Assembly (NCBI GenBank): GCA_964459075.1
Contig: CAYWKE010000001.1
Location: forward strand, 4,626-68,625
DNA: 64,000 bases
Direction: 5' to 3'
Source of the DNA: an uncultured Candidatus Saccharibacteria bacterium
GTDB taxonomy: Bacteria > Patescibacteriota > Minisyncoccia > Phycocordibacterales > UBA12088
The translations under genes were made by a program, and so were the position numbers. Every line of letters starts with the position of its first letter. The first letter of the stretch is position 1. The notes beneath the pieces were generated by a model, which did not search any database, had not been told where the DNA came from, and saw only the letters and a list, made by a program, of their open reading frames with translations. Below are positions 48,008 to 56,503 of the stretch, one piece after another.

Positions 48008-48025
48008 GCTAAAACGTGTCGCGGA

Positions 48026-48502
48026 CTACTCGACCCGAACGACGTTCATCTTGAACGCGTTCTTTGAGTGACCCTTCAGGGGAAGCGTCAGTACGAGAAC
48101 CCCGTCTTTCTCTTTCGCATCTGCTTCTTCGGGTTCGATCTCCTCAGGCAGGATGATCTGGCGGTAGAAGTCGCCCCAGCTGCACTCCTCGAGTGAGAAG
48201 TCGCCATGCGCGTTACCAATGAGATCCTCAGGGCGCACCGACGAACCACTGATCGTGATCACATCGTTCTGTCCTCCGATAGAAACATCGAGGGATGCGA
48301 GGTCAACCCCGGCGATCTGGGCGAACACCACGACCTCGTTGTCGGTCTGGAAGACATCGACCGGCAGCTGCAGCGCGTTGTGCACGGGCACCTCGCTCGG
48401 TGCCGCATTCGGCGCTTTGGGATGTGGTGCGGCCTGCTCTTCGCTCGCCGCATCTCCCTTCACTACCCCTTTCCCTTTAAGCTTCTCCATGAACGTCGCC
48501 AT
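48026..48502 (-). CDS. Hsp20/alpha-crystallin small heat shock protein
   Basis: PVDVFQT..EVVV.A.IAGV...ITISG...ECSWGDFYRQIILPEEI...A..KDGVL.LTLP. Confidence 0.93.
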   Translation of the reverse strand: MATFMEKLKGKGVVKGDAASEEQAAPHPKAPNAAPSEVPVHNALQLPVDVFQTDNEVVVFAQIAGVDLASLDVSIGGQNDVITISGSSVRPEDLIGNAHGDFSLEECSWGDFYRQIILPEEIEPEEADAKEKDGVLVLTLPLKGHSKNAFKMNVVRVE

Positions 48503-48599
48503 AGCTGGGTCCCTTGGTTACGCGTTGCTAATGTACTCATCCCCCGATACGGTAGCGTGTTCGCCCCCACGGCGTCTGCACGCTGCATCAGACCTATAT

Positions 48600-48646
48600 A
48601 GTATACCGAACAATCGAGTGCTCTGGTGAGTTCGTTTTGTGGATAA
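48600..48646 (-). promoter_or_regulatory. Perfect DnaA box TTATCCACA, 32-bp spacer, TATACT -10 box
   Basis: Plus strand AGTATA 48600-48605 and TGTGGATAA 48638-48646. Confidence 0.72.
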
Positions 48647-48659
48647 AACGTGTACAACG

Positions 48660-50564
48660 CTATCCGCTCCAGCAGAAGAGCATGATGGAAAAATCGGCGA
48701 GCTCGACGAGGCCTGAGAGATTGATGTCAGCAGCGAGGTCAGTCGTGTTCCAGTTGAAGAGGAGAATTGAGAAGTCGGTGAGATCGACGAGGGTGTCCTG
48801 ATTGATGTCAGCACGCTGACACTGATCCCCAACCGGGGCTTGTCCGACACCAATGGGTACTGGTGCGCTCTTGGCACTCTCAAGACCCTCTGCAGGCAAG
48901 CGCGCTCGCGCGAGCAGGTTGTAGGCACCCAGCGAAAGACCGTCGGTTGCGTACGTGAGCGTGTAGGCGCCCGTTCCCGCCGCGGTCGTCGTTGCGGTCG
49001 ATGCGCCTACGATGCGCCTCCCCTCTTGCTCGACGAACACCTCAAGGAGCGATTCGGCAGGAGCGTACCCCGACACACTGATCACGTCACCCGGATCGAT
49101 CTCGTCTTGATCGACCGATATCGTCGGGGGGATGACCACACCTGCGATCGCGTTCTCTGTGTCAGCGCGTAGCGTGATGGTGGTGTTGTAGGTACCGGAG
49201 CGCACTCCACTCGCGTCTTCTGCGTATACAGCGAAGGTGTACGTGCCGCGCTCAAGGCCTGTGACCTCGGTCGAGAAGGTCCCATCACTGCGCGCGGTGA
49301 GCGAACCCACCGAGTCCCCATCTTGCAGAACCGTGACGCGCGAACTGGGGTACGCCCACCCCGATAACGAGACCGATGCCTGTCTGAGGAATTCTCCACC
49401 GTCATCGCTGCCGCCACTACCGCTTCCACCGCCACCACCTCCCGAAGAGCTCCCTCCCGAGCCGCTCGTACCTGGGCCTGAGCCCGAACCACTAGTACCC
49501 CCGCCGGTTCCCGTGCCCGTGCCAGGACCATCCCCATCTCCGGTTCCACCACCGTCGCCACCCCCCGTACCACCGGTCGTTGAGCTGGTCGTTGAGGAGA
49601 ACGTCGTTGAACCGACCGAGCCGGTGGGCCCAGGCCCGATCGGCACAGCACCAATGGTGAAGCGAATAGGAAACTCGGACGTCTCGTTACCATTGAAGTC
49701 ACGACAGATACCAAAGAACTCGTACGTCGTTGTTGCAGCGACGATGAACGGGGGTGAACGGTGGTTGGGCGTGGTCGAAGCATTGTCCGCGATCATTGTG
49801 TAGGTCATGCTCGCGTAGGCGGTCGAGGATGCCTCATCGTACTTACAGATCGCGACATCGTCGGTCAAGAGTGAGAACTCGACCTCCTCGTTGATACCTG
49901 CGACCAGCTCATCAAGTGCCGGGCGCAGACCAAATACCACCGGCGGCTCATTGTCGATGAACCGCGCACCAGCCGTGACCTGCTCGATGATGTAGATCGC
50001 GGCAAGGGTCGTATCGATGGTCACGTCGCTTGCGTTTCTGGTCGCAACCGTCACCAAGACCGGCCCAGTACCCGGATTCACGAGCTGATCGCGTCCGGTG
50101 CCTCCGAAGGTTGCCGTTGTCCCCAACTCGATGCGCACCGTCTCACCTGCATTGAGGCCGAGCGTGGAGCCGAGGTTGAAGATGAGTCGGGTCGAGGAGC
50201 CGTACGTGAGATCTACCCCAACGGTCGATGTGCCCGGGGTCGAGGTAGCCAACACGCGGTCGGTGTAGTTGAGGAGCGAGGACGTGCCGGTGGTCGCTGT
50301 CGAGAAGTCGATGTCCGTGATATCGAACTCGCTCGGCATGAAGAGCCCGTTGCGAAAATCCACCACCACGTCGCCGCCCGGAGGAACCGCAGCGACCGTC
50401 GTAAACAGGATGCGGTGGTTTGCAGGGGTCTCGGGCGCTGAGGTGGAAATGAGGTCACTGACGAACTGGAGCCGGTCAGCGAGCGCCTGCGGCACCGCCC
50501 CGAAGAGTGTCAGCAACACGCAAAGCGTCACGCACGCCAGAACCAGACCCAGGAATGGTCGCAT
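48660..50564 (-). CDS. Secreted protein: subunit-like N-terminal domain, Gly/Ser linker, Ig-like domains, C-terminal dockerin
   Basis: N-domain resembles 52277..53470. C-terminal half parallels 16207..17385 (SG.AYP...IPPTI.V...DINQD..VDL.DFSI.LFNW). Confidence 0.85.
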   Translation of the reverse strand: MRPFLGLVLACVTLCVLLTLFGAVPQALADRLQFVSDLISTSAPETPANHRILFTTVAAVPPGGDVVVDFRNGLFMPSEFDITDIDFSTATTGTSSLLNYTDRVLATSTPGTSTVGVDLTYGSSTRLIFNLGSTLGLNAGETVRIELGTTATFGGTGRDQLVNPGTGPVLVTVATRNASDVTIDTTLAAIYIIEQVTAGARFIDNEPPVVFGLRPALDELVAGINEEVEFSLLTDDVAICKYDEASSTAYASMTYTMIADNASTTPNHRSPPFIVAATTTYEFFGICRDFNGNETSEFPIRFTIGAVPIGPGPTGSVGSTTFSSTTSSTTGGTGGGDGGGTGDGDGPGTGTGTGGGTSGSGSGPGTSGSGGSSSGGGGGGSGSGGSDDGGEFLRQASVSLSGWAYPSSRVTVLQDGDSVGSLTARSDGTFSTEVTGLERGTYTFAVYAEDASGVRSGTYNTTITLRADTENAIAGVVIPPTISVDQDEIDPGDVISVSGYAPAESLLEVFVEQEGRRIVGASTATTTAAGTGAYTLTYATDGLSLGAYNLLARARLPAEGLESAKSAPVPIGVGQAPVGDQCQRADINQDTLVDLTDFSILLFNWNTTDLAADINLSGLVELADFSIMLFCWSG

Positions 50565-50571
50565 GTTCCCG

Positions 50572-51042
50572 TTATACCACGACCTTCCGCTCGCTCGCAG
50601 GGGAGCGCTGTGCAATACGTACGCGCATGTCCCGCCGGGTGCGACGCGCATCGAGGCGGAAGTTGAGCAGAATGAGCGAGAGCAGTGCCACACTCACCAG
50701 CGTGGTATAGAGGAGCGCGAAGGTGTTCCCTGCGTTGCCCGCCCGCGCCGGGAGTGGTGCAGGAGCATCGCGGGTCAGGGTCTGGAGCTCTGCCTCAGCT
50801 GCTGCGACCGCGCGCTCGCGCTCAGCAAGCTCACCCTCGCGGCGGGTGAGCTCAGCCGTGATCTGGTTGAGCTCGGTAGGAGCGACCGCGGCAGAGGTAC
50901 CGATCCCCGCTTGCTGCAGAGAGAGAGTCGAACGGGTAAGGGTCGTCCACGAGAAGGTGAGCGCGAGAGCGCACACGAGAGCGCCGACGAGAGCTAGCTC
51001 CCATCCACCCCGATTGTGCTGTACTCCGTGGTGGCGACGCAT
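50572..51042 (-). CDS. Two-TM protein with central coiled coil
   Basis: TM - ELNQITAELTRREGELAERER - TM ending LILLNFRLD. TATAGT lies 6 nt upstream. Confidence 0.65.
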   Translation of the reverse strand: MRRHHGVQHNRGGWELALVGALVCALALTFSWTTLTRSTLSLQQAGIGTSAAVAPTELNQITAELTRREGELAERERAVAAAEAELQTLTRDAPAPLPARAGNAGNTFALLYTTLVSVALLSLILLNFRLDARRTRRDMRVRIAQRSPASERKVVV

Positions 51043-51056
51043 AGTATCACTATACC

Positions 51057-52160
51057 TCAGGAGAAGAAGAGGAAGATCCCCACGAGGACGAGAATGGTCA
51101 GTGACAGGAAGACGAGCATGACCGATGAGAGTCGTGAGGCGAAGGAGACCGGCGCAGGACCCTTCGCGCGGTAGCCGGCTTGCTTGAGCTGTGCACGCAC
51201 GTAGAGACGCGCACCACCCCACACGATGAGGAAGAACAGGAGCAGTCCGCCAAACGCGATACCGAGCTCCTTGGTCGGAATGACCCAAAAGCTGGTCTCA
51301 CGGGTGATGCTCTGCTTGCGGTCGACCCCGTAGGAGACGGTGATGCGTGCATCATAGCGTCCCAGGAAGAAGCCCTCCTCAGGTTCCCACGTTGTTTGGT
51401 AGCGACGCTCCCCGCCGGGCGAGGCCCCACCGCGCCCGCCTGGATTGACCTCGAGCTTGGCGACCTCATTGCCGAGCATGTCCTCAATGGTGAGGATGCC
51501 GACAGGCCGCTGGAGGACCGAGCCGGTGTTCTCCACGACCGTGGTGAAGATCGCAGGTGGGTACTGGTAGAGTGAGCGGTCAGTGGAGAACTGGGTGATC
51601 TTGAGATCCTCAACGATGTCACCATTGATCTGAATGTTCATGAGGGAGGCAACCTGGAACCCTATCCCAGCCCCCGAGCTCTGCACCCGATCGGCTTGAC
51701 GGTCGAGCACAATAGCTCCGAAGTGCCCTCCAGGGGGTGAATTTGCTGGCGGCGAGATCACGTACCCGATACTGTCGCTTTGCCCGGGTGCGAGGGTAAC
51801 CTGGGAGCGCGTGAGCGTCACCCACGAGGCGAGCGTGAGTCCCGTCTCATCATCGCCCGTGGCGAAGCGGGGCTTGCCATCGATGTCGGTCGACTCGACG
51901 TTGCGCGAGAAGAGGTAGTAGGTCTGGGTCTCATCACTGACGTTCGTGACCGTCACCTCGCCCGACAGCGTCTCCCCCGGATCGATACGTTCCTCGATCA
52001 GGGTCGGTTGCATCTGTGCACCGATCTGCTGGGCTTCTACTCGCTCAACACACGCCACGCCGAACGTGCACAGCGCAAGCAGGGCGATAGCGCCAACGCG
52101 CCAAGCCCACGCATGGGCGACGGTGCGAAACGCAAAGGGGGATTCGATCATACCTTCCAT
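51057..52160 (-). CDS. DUF916/DUF3324-like membrane-anchored protein
   Basis: PTLIEERIDPGE...VTN...G.P.F...LASWV...L.PG...P...PGGHFGAI; ENTG....P.G...I.DMLG; GRY.A...SYG; FWVIP; two C-terminal TMs. Confidence 0.8.
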   Translation of the reverse strand: MEGMIESPFAFRTVAHAWAWRVGAIALLALCTFGVACVERVEAQQIGAQMQPTLIEERIDPGETLSGEVTVTNVSDETQTYYLFSRNVESTDIDGKPRFATGDDETGLTLASWVTLTRSQVTLAPGQSDSIGYVISPPANSPPGGHFGAIVLDRQADRVQSSGAGIGFQVASLMNIQINGDIVEDLKITQFSTDRSLYQYPPAIFTTVVENTGSVLQRPVGILTIEDMLGNEVAKLEVNPGGRGGASPGGERRYQTTWEPEEGFFLGRYDARITVSYGVDRKQSITRETSFWVIPTKELGIAFGGLLLFFLIVWGGARLYVRAQLKQAGYRAKGPAPVSFASRLSSVMLVFLSLTILVLVGIFLFFS

Positions 52161-52230
52161 ATAGTTAGGGACAATATGCTCGCCAGTGTACCCCAGGTCA
52201 ACAACTCGTACCAAGTGGCGCTATACACAA

Positions 52231-52252
52231 AGACCCGCACGTGTGCGGGTCT
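52231..52252 (-). terminator. Intrinsic terminator
   Basis: Stem agacccgca/tgcgggtct followed on the minus strand by ttgtgtat, just after the stop at 52277. Confidence 0.8.
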
Positions 52253-52276
52253 GTGTGTCATAAGCGCCAAGCGTCT

Positions 52277-53470
52277 CTAGAAGACCGGAGTTGCAACGTA
52301 CGTAAGTGTTGCAGTGTAGTCGTCTGCTGCTTCCTGCAGCGTTCCGATCTCGATCTTGTAGCCAACGCGTGTGAAGCTCTCCCCTGAGACAGGTGCCGAC
52401 GTGTAGCTGACCGCTTCACTGTTATAGAACACCTCTACCGGGTTGTTCACGAAGTTACCGACGTAACTCGAGGTTCCAACACCGCCAAAGTCAAGCGCGG
52501 TGCCCACATCGTCGTCATCCGAGGTCAAACCCCAGTGACCATACGTGTTGGGTACACCAAAGTTGTTGAGGGGATTCGCCCAGGGCGTACCTACCGGGAC
52601 CTCAGAGCCGTTGTTGAACGGATCGATGGTCGCTGTGTTACCTGCCGTCAGCGTTTGATCCGCCTCGACCGTCACCGTGAAGCCGTTGAGGGCATTGGTG
52701 TCGATCCTGAGCTCCTGCGCGAGGAACCTCGGCTGATTCGTTTGCAAGATGCCGAAGGCAACCGAAGTTGCTGTTGTGGATGCGTACGTCGCGAGAGGCT
52801 CATCGTTGACCGTTGTGCCTGAGGCAACACCAGCGATGGTGAAGGTGAGAATGGTCTCGACCTCTGCGGTCACAGTAACGTCGTCGATGACCGCAACGCG
52901 GGTATCGCCCGAGTCTGCCATGGTCCCAGCGACCTCGATGACGTACGAGTCTGCGACGTTGGGATTGGCGATATAATTGCCGTTCCCTCCGACCACGATC
53001 TGTACGACCGTGCCGGTCGCGATCTCGTCAGGTGGCGTATCTGAGGGACACACCGTGAGTTCAACGGTGTCTGTGACGTTATCAACATCGCTCACGTACA
53101 TCTGGTTCGTTACGCCGTTGTTACACGCAAGGTCGTTCGCGATCTGCGTGATACCTCCTCCCGGTACAGATGCTACCGTCACATCTGAGGTCGAAAGAGA
53201 CCCGAAGTCGAAGTCGAGGTCTCCGTCGACGGGATCGAAGGTGATCACTATCGTCTCACCTGCGTTGATCGCGCTCGAAAGCTCGAACTGGATCGTGTGC
53301 GTTGCCGTCGCGCCCAGATCGGAATCTGAGATCGTGTCGGTCACGTCAATGAGCGCTGCGGCGTCTGCCGTGTGGATCCAGTTGGGCAGGCCAAGCGACC
53401 AAGCGAGTAATGCCGCAATGACCGCAAGGACCAATGCCTTGGAGCGGAACTGCGAAAGATCTGTCGTCAT
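52277..53470 (-). CDS. Secreted protein with WxL/Csu-like 'type B' C-terminal domain (candidate major fibre subunit)
   Basis: Signal peptide, no TM; ends ...LTFTIAGV...ATSVAFG.L...AQ.L...TNA..G...YTATLTYVATPVF; has its own promoter and terminator. Confidence 0.78.
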   Translation of the reverse strand: MTTDLSQFRSKALVLAVIAALLAWSLGLPNWIHTADAAALIDVTDTISDSDLGATATHTIQFELSSAINAGETIVITFDPVDGDLDFDFGSLSTSDVTVASVPGGGITQIANDLACNNGVTNQMYVSDVDNVTDTVELTVCPSDTPPDEIATGTVVQIVVGGNGNYIANPNVADSYVIEVAGTMADSGDTRVAVIDDVTVTAEVETILTFTIAGVASGTTVNDEPLATYASTTATSVAFGILQTNQPRFLAQELRIDTNALNGFTVTVEADQTLTAGNTATIDPFNNGSEVPVGTPWANPLNNFGVPNTYGHWGLTSDDDDVGTALDFGGVGTSSYVGNFVNNPVEVFYNSEAVSYTSAPVSGESFTRVGYKIEIGTLQEAADDYTATLTYVATPVF

Positions 53471-53651
53471 GCGTAAAATGCTAGCTAGCGTTTCACTTGT
53501 AATAGCGAGTTCGCAGCGGCGAACTCATGACGAGCGTGATCGACCTCCCAGCGAGGTACGCACCACCGATTACTGAGCAAAGCCCGTTGGGATATCGAGG
53601 TTTGCTTGATGGGGCGCGGGTTCAATCGCTGAAGTATCAAGCTCACAAATT

Positions 53652-53698
53652 AGTATACGTCCACATGACGCTGTGTGAGAACACGCGCTTGTGGATAA
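53652..53698 (-). promoter_or_regulatory. Perfect DnaA box TTATCCACA, 32-bp spacer, TATACT -10 box
   Basis: Plus strand AGTATA 53652-53657 and TGTGGATAA 53690-53698. Confidence 0.72.
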
Positions 53699-53711
53699 CG
53701 CAACTCTGTGG

Positions 53712-55202
53712 TCAGGGGAGGTCGCCCGCCGCTGCAGGCACGAAGCGTCCATCGGGTTCTTGGATCTCTATCTCAAAGTCACGCGAGGGTGCGAAGACCT
53801 CACTGAAAAAGTGTACGCCTGCGATGAAGGTGATCCCGAGGAGAATGAGGAAGAGGAAGAAGTAGCGATACGTCACGAGGAACGTCGCGAAGGAGAGGTC
53901 GGGCTCGTGCGTGTGCTGCGCTTGGTGCTGTGCCGCGCGCTGCGCCCGTGTCGAGCTCGGTTCGCTCCTGATGCCTTCGTGCTTCTTGTAAGGCGCGTGC
54001 TCCACCCTCGCCGCTTCCCCATCTTGGTGCACATCACGTGCACCGAGTGAGCGCCTGAGGTCGACCGCGCCTTGGGTCAAGGGGCGCACGAGGGTTCCCA
54101 GCCGCAGCGATGGCTTGGTGTGCGGCTCCGCGTGCTCCGGTGTGTGTGGTGCCGGTTGTGCTACTCCTGCACGCTCTTCGTGCGTAGGCTTTTTCTCATC
54201 CTGCCGAGGAAGCGTAGGAATACCCAGCCGCTGTGCCTCAAGCCGCAGAGCTCGCCGCACGTACATCCGCACCAGCCACACCAACAGCACGAGTGCGAGA
54301 AGTATGCCACCTCCCACACGCACGATGTCCCATACCGGGACGATCCAGAAGATCGCCTCGCGCGTGACGCTGTGCTTCTCTCCCGAGCCGTAGGAGATGG
54401 TTGCAATGGCTCGGTAGCGCCCGAAATCGTACGTGCTGTCACTTCCCTGCCACGAGAAGGTGAACCGGCGGGTCTGCTCAGGGAGGACGTTGCCGAAGTT
54501 CGTCGCCTGGTTTATGGCTATCTGGCCTCGCTCTTGCCCCCACATGTTCTCAATGGTGATGATGCCTTGAGGACGCAGGTGGACATTCCCCGTATTCTGG
54601 AAGCGCATGGTGAATGACGCAGCTGCTTCGGGAGCAATGAAGGGCTCGGCAAAGAAATCGCGAATGAGGCCGCGCTCCTCGACCTCGCCCGCAACGCGCA
54701 TGAGGATGAGTGACGCGACCGAGCTCGTGATGGTGACCTCCCCGCCTTGGGTGGGCTCAGGGGGCTCGGTCGCGACCAGCAGTGAGGCATAGTGGCCACC
54801 CGGCGAGGCGTCCTCGGGAACCACGATGGAGAACGGTATCCGCTCGGTCGAACCGGGCGGCACCGTGATCTGGCCACTCCCGATGAGGATCCACTCTGGG
54901 AGCGTGAGCCCCCCAGAGCTCTCAGGAGCCGGCACGAGCCGGGGCCGACCGAACTCGTCCTGAGCCTCGAACCCCACTGGCGTGACGTAGAGCGTGAGGG
55001 GGTAATTGTTGCTGTTGACGATAGCAAGCGAGCTCGACCAGGTCTCTCCGGGCGAAACTGACACTTGGTAGAGCGGTGGCGTGACCGTCAGCGCGAGGGT
55101 CTCTCCACTTGTCTGCGCCCCTCCCCAGAGAGGTACCAGCAGACTAAGCGCGAGCAGTGCGGTGAGAGCGAGCCTACGAACGCTTGGAAAGGTGTACGAC
55201 AT
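53712..55202 (-). CDS. DUF916/DUF3324-like membrane-anchored protein
   Basis: LTVTPPL...PGETW...VN...LPEWI...VPPG...VPEDASPGGHYASL; FQNTGNVHLRPQG.ITI.NMWG; NVLP...GRY.A...SYG; FWIVP; TM, loop, TM. Start 55202 or 55211. Confidence 0.82.
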   Translation of the reverse strand: MSYTFPSVRRLALTALLALSLLVPLWGGAQTSGETLALTVTPPLYQVSVSPGETWSSSLAIVNSNNYPLTLYVTPVGFEAQDEFGRPRLVPAPESSGGLTLPEWILIGSGQITVPPGSTERIPFSIVVPEDASPGGHYASLLVATEPPEPTQGGEVTITSSVASLILMRVAGEVEERGLIRDFFAEPFIAPEAAASFTMRFQNTGNVHLRPQGIITIENMWGQERGQIAINQATNFGNVLPEQTRRFTFSWQGSDSTYDFGRYRAIATISYGSGEKHSVTREAIFWIVPVWDIVRVGGGILLALVLLVWLVRMYVRRALRLEAQRLGIPTLPRQDEKKPTHEERAGVAQPAPHTPEHAEPHTKPSLRLGTLVRPLTQGAVDLRRSLGARDVHQDGEAARVEHAPYKKHEGIRSEPSSTRAQRAAQHQAQHTHEPDLSFATFLVTYRYFFLFLILLGITFIAGVHFFSEVFAPSRDFEIEIQEPDGRFVPAAAGDLP

Positions 55203-56424
55203 GGTGGGCATCTGATGGTGGCGCGGACCTGCCCAGAGCGACGGTGTGTACACCGTCAGCGGGTCCCGTACGCTTGTTCGTTTCTGTGCGGCGGACAAGG
55301 TGTTCAGGCGTCGAGGCGCGCACTGGTGTGCGTCCCGTGAGTGCAACGGGCGGGGGTGCAGCAGGTGTCTGTGGTGCACGAGTTGGCGAGAGCGCTACGT
55401 GATGTTCACGGGGTAGTGGCGCAGGAGCCACCGACGCGCCATCCTCCCAGGGTGAAGCGTACTCACCCCCCGCATCCTGCTCGTCATCCTCATCGTACCC
55501 GTAGGAGCGCGGAGACGCTGCCCCAGCGTAGGCAAAGCGGTACGTCAGCTTGAGGTGAACGAGGTAGGTGACCGAACCGATCAGGACCAGCAAGAGGAAG
55601 AATCCGATCATGACCTCGCGCCACGGGAAGACCCAGAAGTACACCGTGTCCTGTACGGTGCCGGTCTGTCCGTACTCGACATCGAGGAACGCCTTGTACT
55701 TCCCGAAGCGACCAGAGGCATCCCAGGCGCTTGCAAGGTGCTGCCGTGAATTGGGCGCGATCGAGGAACCTTGCTCATTCGCTGAGAGGGTGGCCACCTC
55801 CTGGCCACGGCGATTGTAGATACGGATCTCCCCACGAGGGATGAGGGTGCGGTTGCCAACGTTCTCAAGGTTGTAGGTGAATGTCGCGGTGGTGCCCGAG
55901 AAGATCTGCTCGTCGGGGAGGAACATGGAGAGCTGTAGGCGCTCCCGCGCATCGTCCTCGACCTCGACCGTCAGCACGATCTCCTCAAGATCCTTACTCC
56001 CTTGAGCAAGGACGCGATTACTACCGGCGCCAAAGGTCAGGAGTGCGTGGTAGATGCCGGGGCGTGCTTTGAGGTTGATGTGGATGAGGTAGGGCACCTG
56101 CACGCTCTCTTGCGGCTCGAGCTCGATCACACCGCGCGATATCTCGAACCAGTTCGCGAGTGATCCCTCCTTGTTCGCGCCTGGGGGAAGCTGCTCTGAG
56201 TCCGGCCCTGCGGCGGGATCAAAATCGTAGACACTTGCGTACAGACCGATCTTGCGCTCGGTCGTGTTCGTGATGGTGAGCGTGCCCTTGATGATGTCAC
56301 GAGGCTTCCCCTTCTCGTTGAGAATGAGAGGTGCCACGGTGAAGCTGGTCGCTGCCACGGCGGCATGGGGAGCGGACAGGCCCACAAGCACGCCCGCCAG
56401 TACGAGGGTCGCCAGAAAACGCAT
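55174..56424 (-). CDS. DUF916/DUF3324-like membrane-anchored protein
   Basis: FTVAPL...TLTITN...LANWFEI...L.P.E...PG.YHA; LENVGN...PRG.IRIYN; GKYKA...EYG; FWVFPW; TM; Pro-rich tail. TACAAT lies 7 nt upstream. Confidence 0.8.
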   Translation of the reverse strand: MRFLATLVLAGVLVGLSAPHAAVAATSFTVAPLILNEKGKPRDIIKGTLTITNTTERKIGLYASVYDFDPAAGPDSEQLPPGANKEGSLANWFEISRGVIELEPQESVQVPYLIHINLKARPGIYHALLTFGAGSNRVLAQGSKDLEEIVLTVEVEDDARERLQLSMFLPDEQIFSGTTATFTYNLENVGNRTLIPRGEIRIYNRRGQEVATLSANEQGSSIAPNSRQHLASAWDASGRFGKYKAFLDVEYGQTGTVQDTVYFWVFPWREVMIGFFLLLVLIGSVTYLVHLKLTYRFAYAGAASPRSYGYDEDDEQDAGGEYASPWEDGASVAPAPLPREHHVALSPTRAPQTPAAPPPVALTGRTPVRASTPEHLVRRTETNKRTGPADGVHTVALGRSAPPSDAHHVVHLSKRS

Positions 56425-56503
56425 ACTGCTCATTGTACGGGTGATACAGGTGGCGCGAAAGGGATGGTCGTGCATAACGGTAAGAACAAAAAGGAACAAA
56501 AAG

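Noticed and set aside
49430-49580. Low-complexity repetitive DNA (also ~16950-17010)
   Set aside because: Encodes Gly/Ser/Thr linkers; not a CRISPR array or mobile-element repeat.
12586-50564. Cellulosome interpretation of the cohesin/dockerin genes
   Set aside because: No recognisable glycoside hydrolase or CBM3 scaffoldin; cohesins occur singly.
53605-53635. gggttcaatc resembles a tRNA T-loop
   Set aside because: The flanks do not form a T-stem and no cloverleaf is evident.
48638-53698. DnaA boxes as a replication origin
   Set aside because: The boxes are single and kilobases apart, with no cluster, AT-rich unwinding element or dnaA/dnaN nearby.
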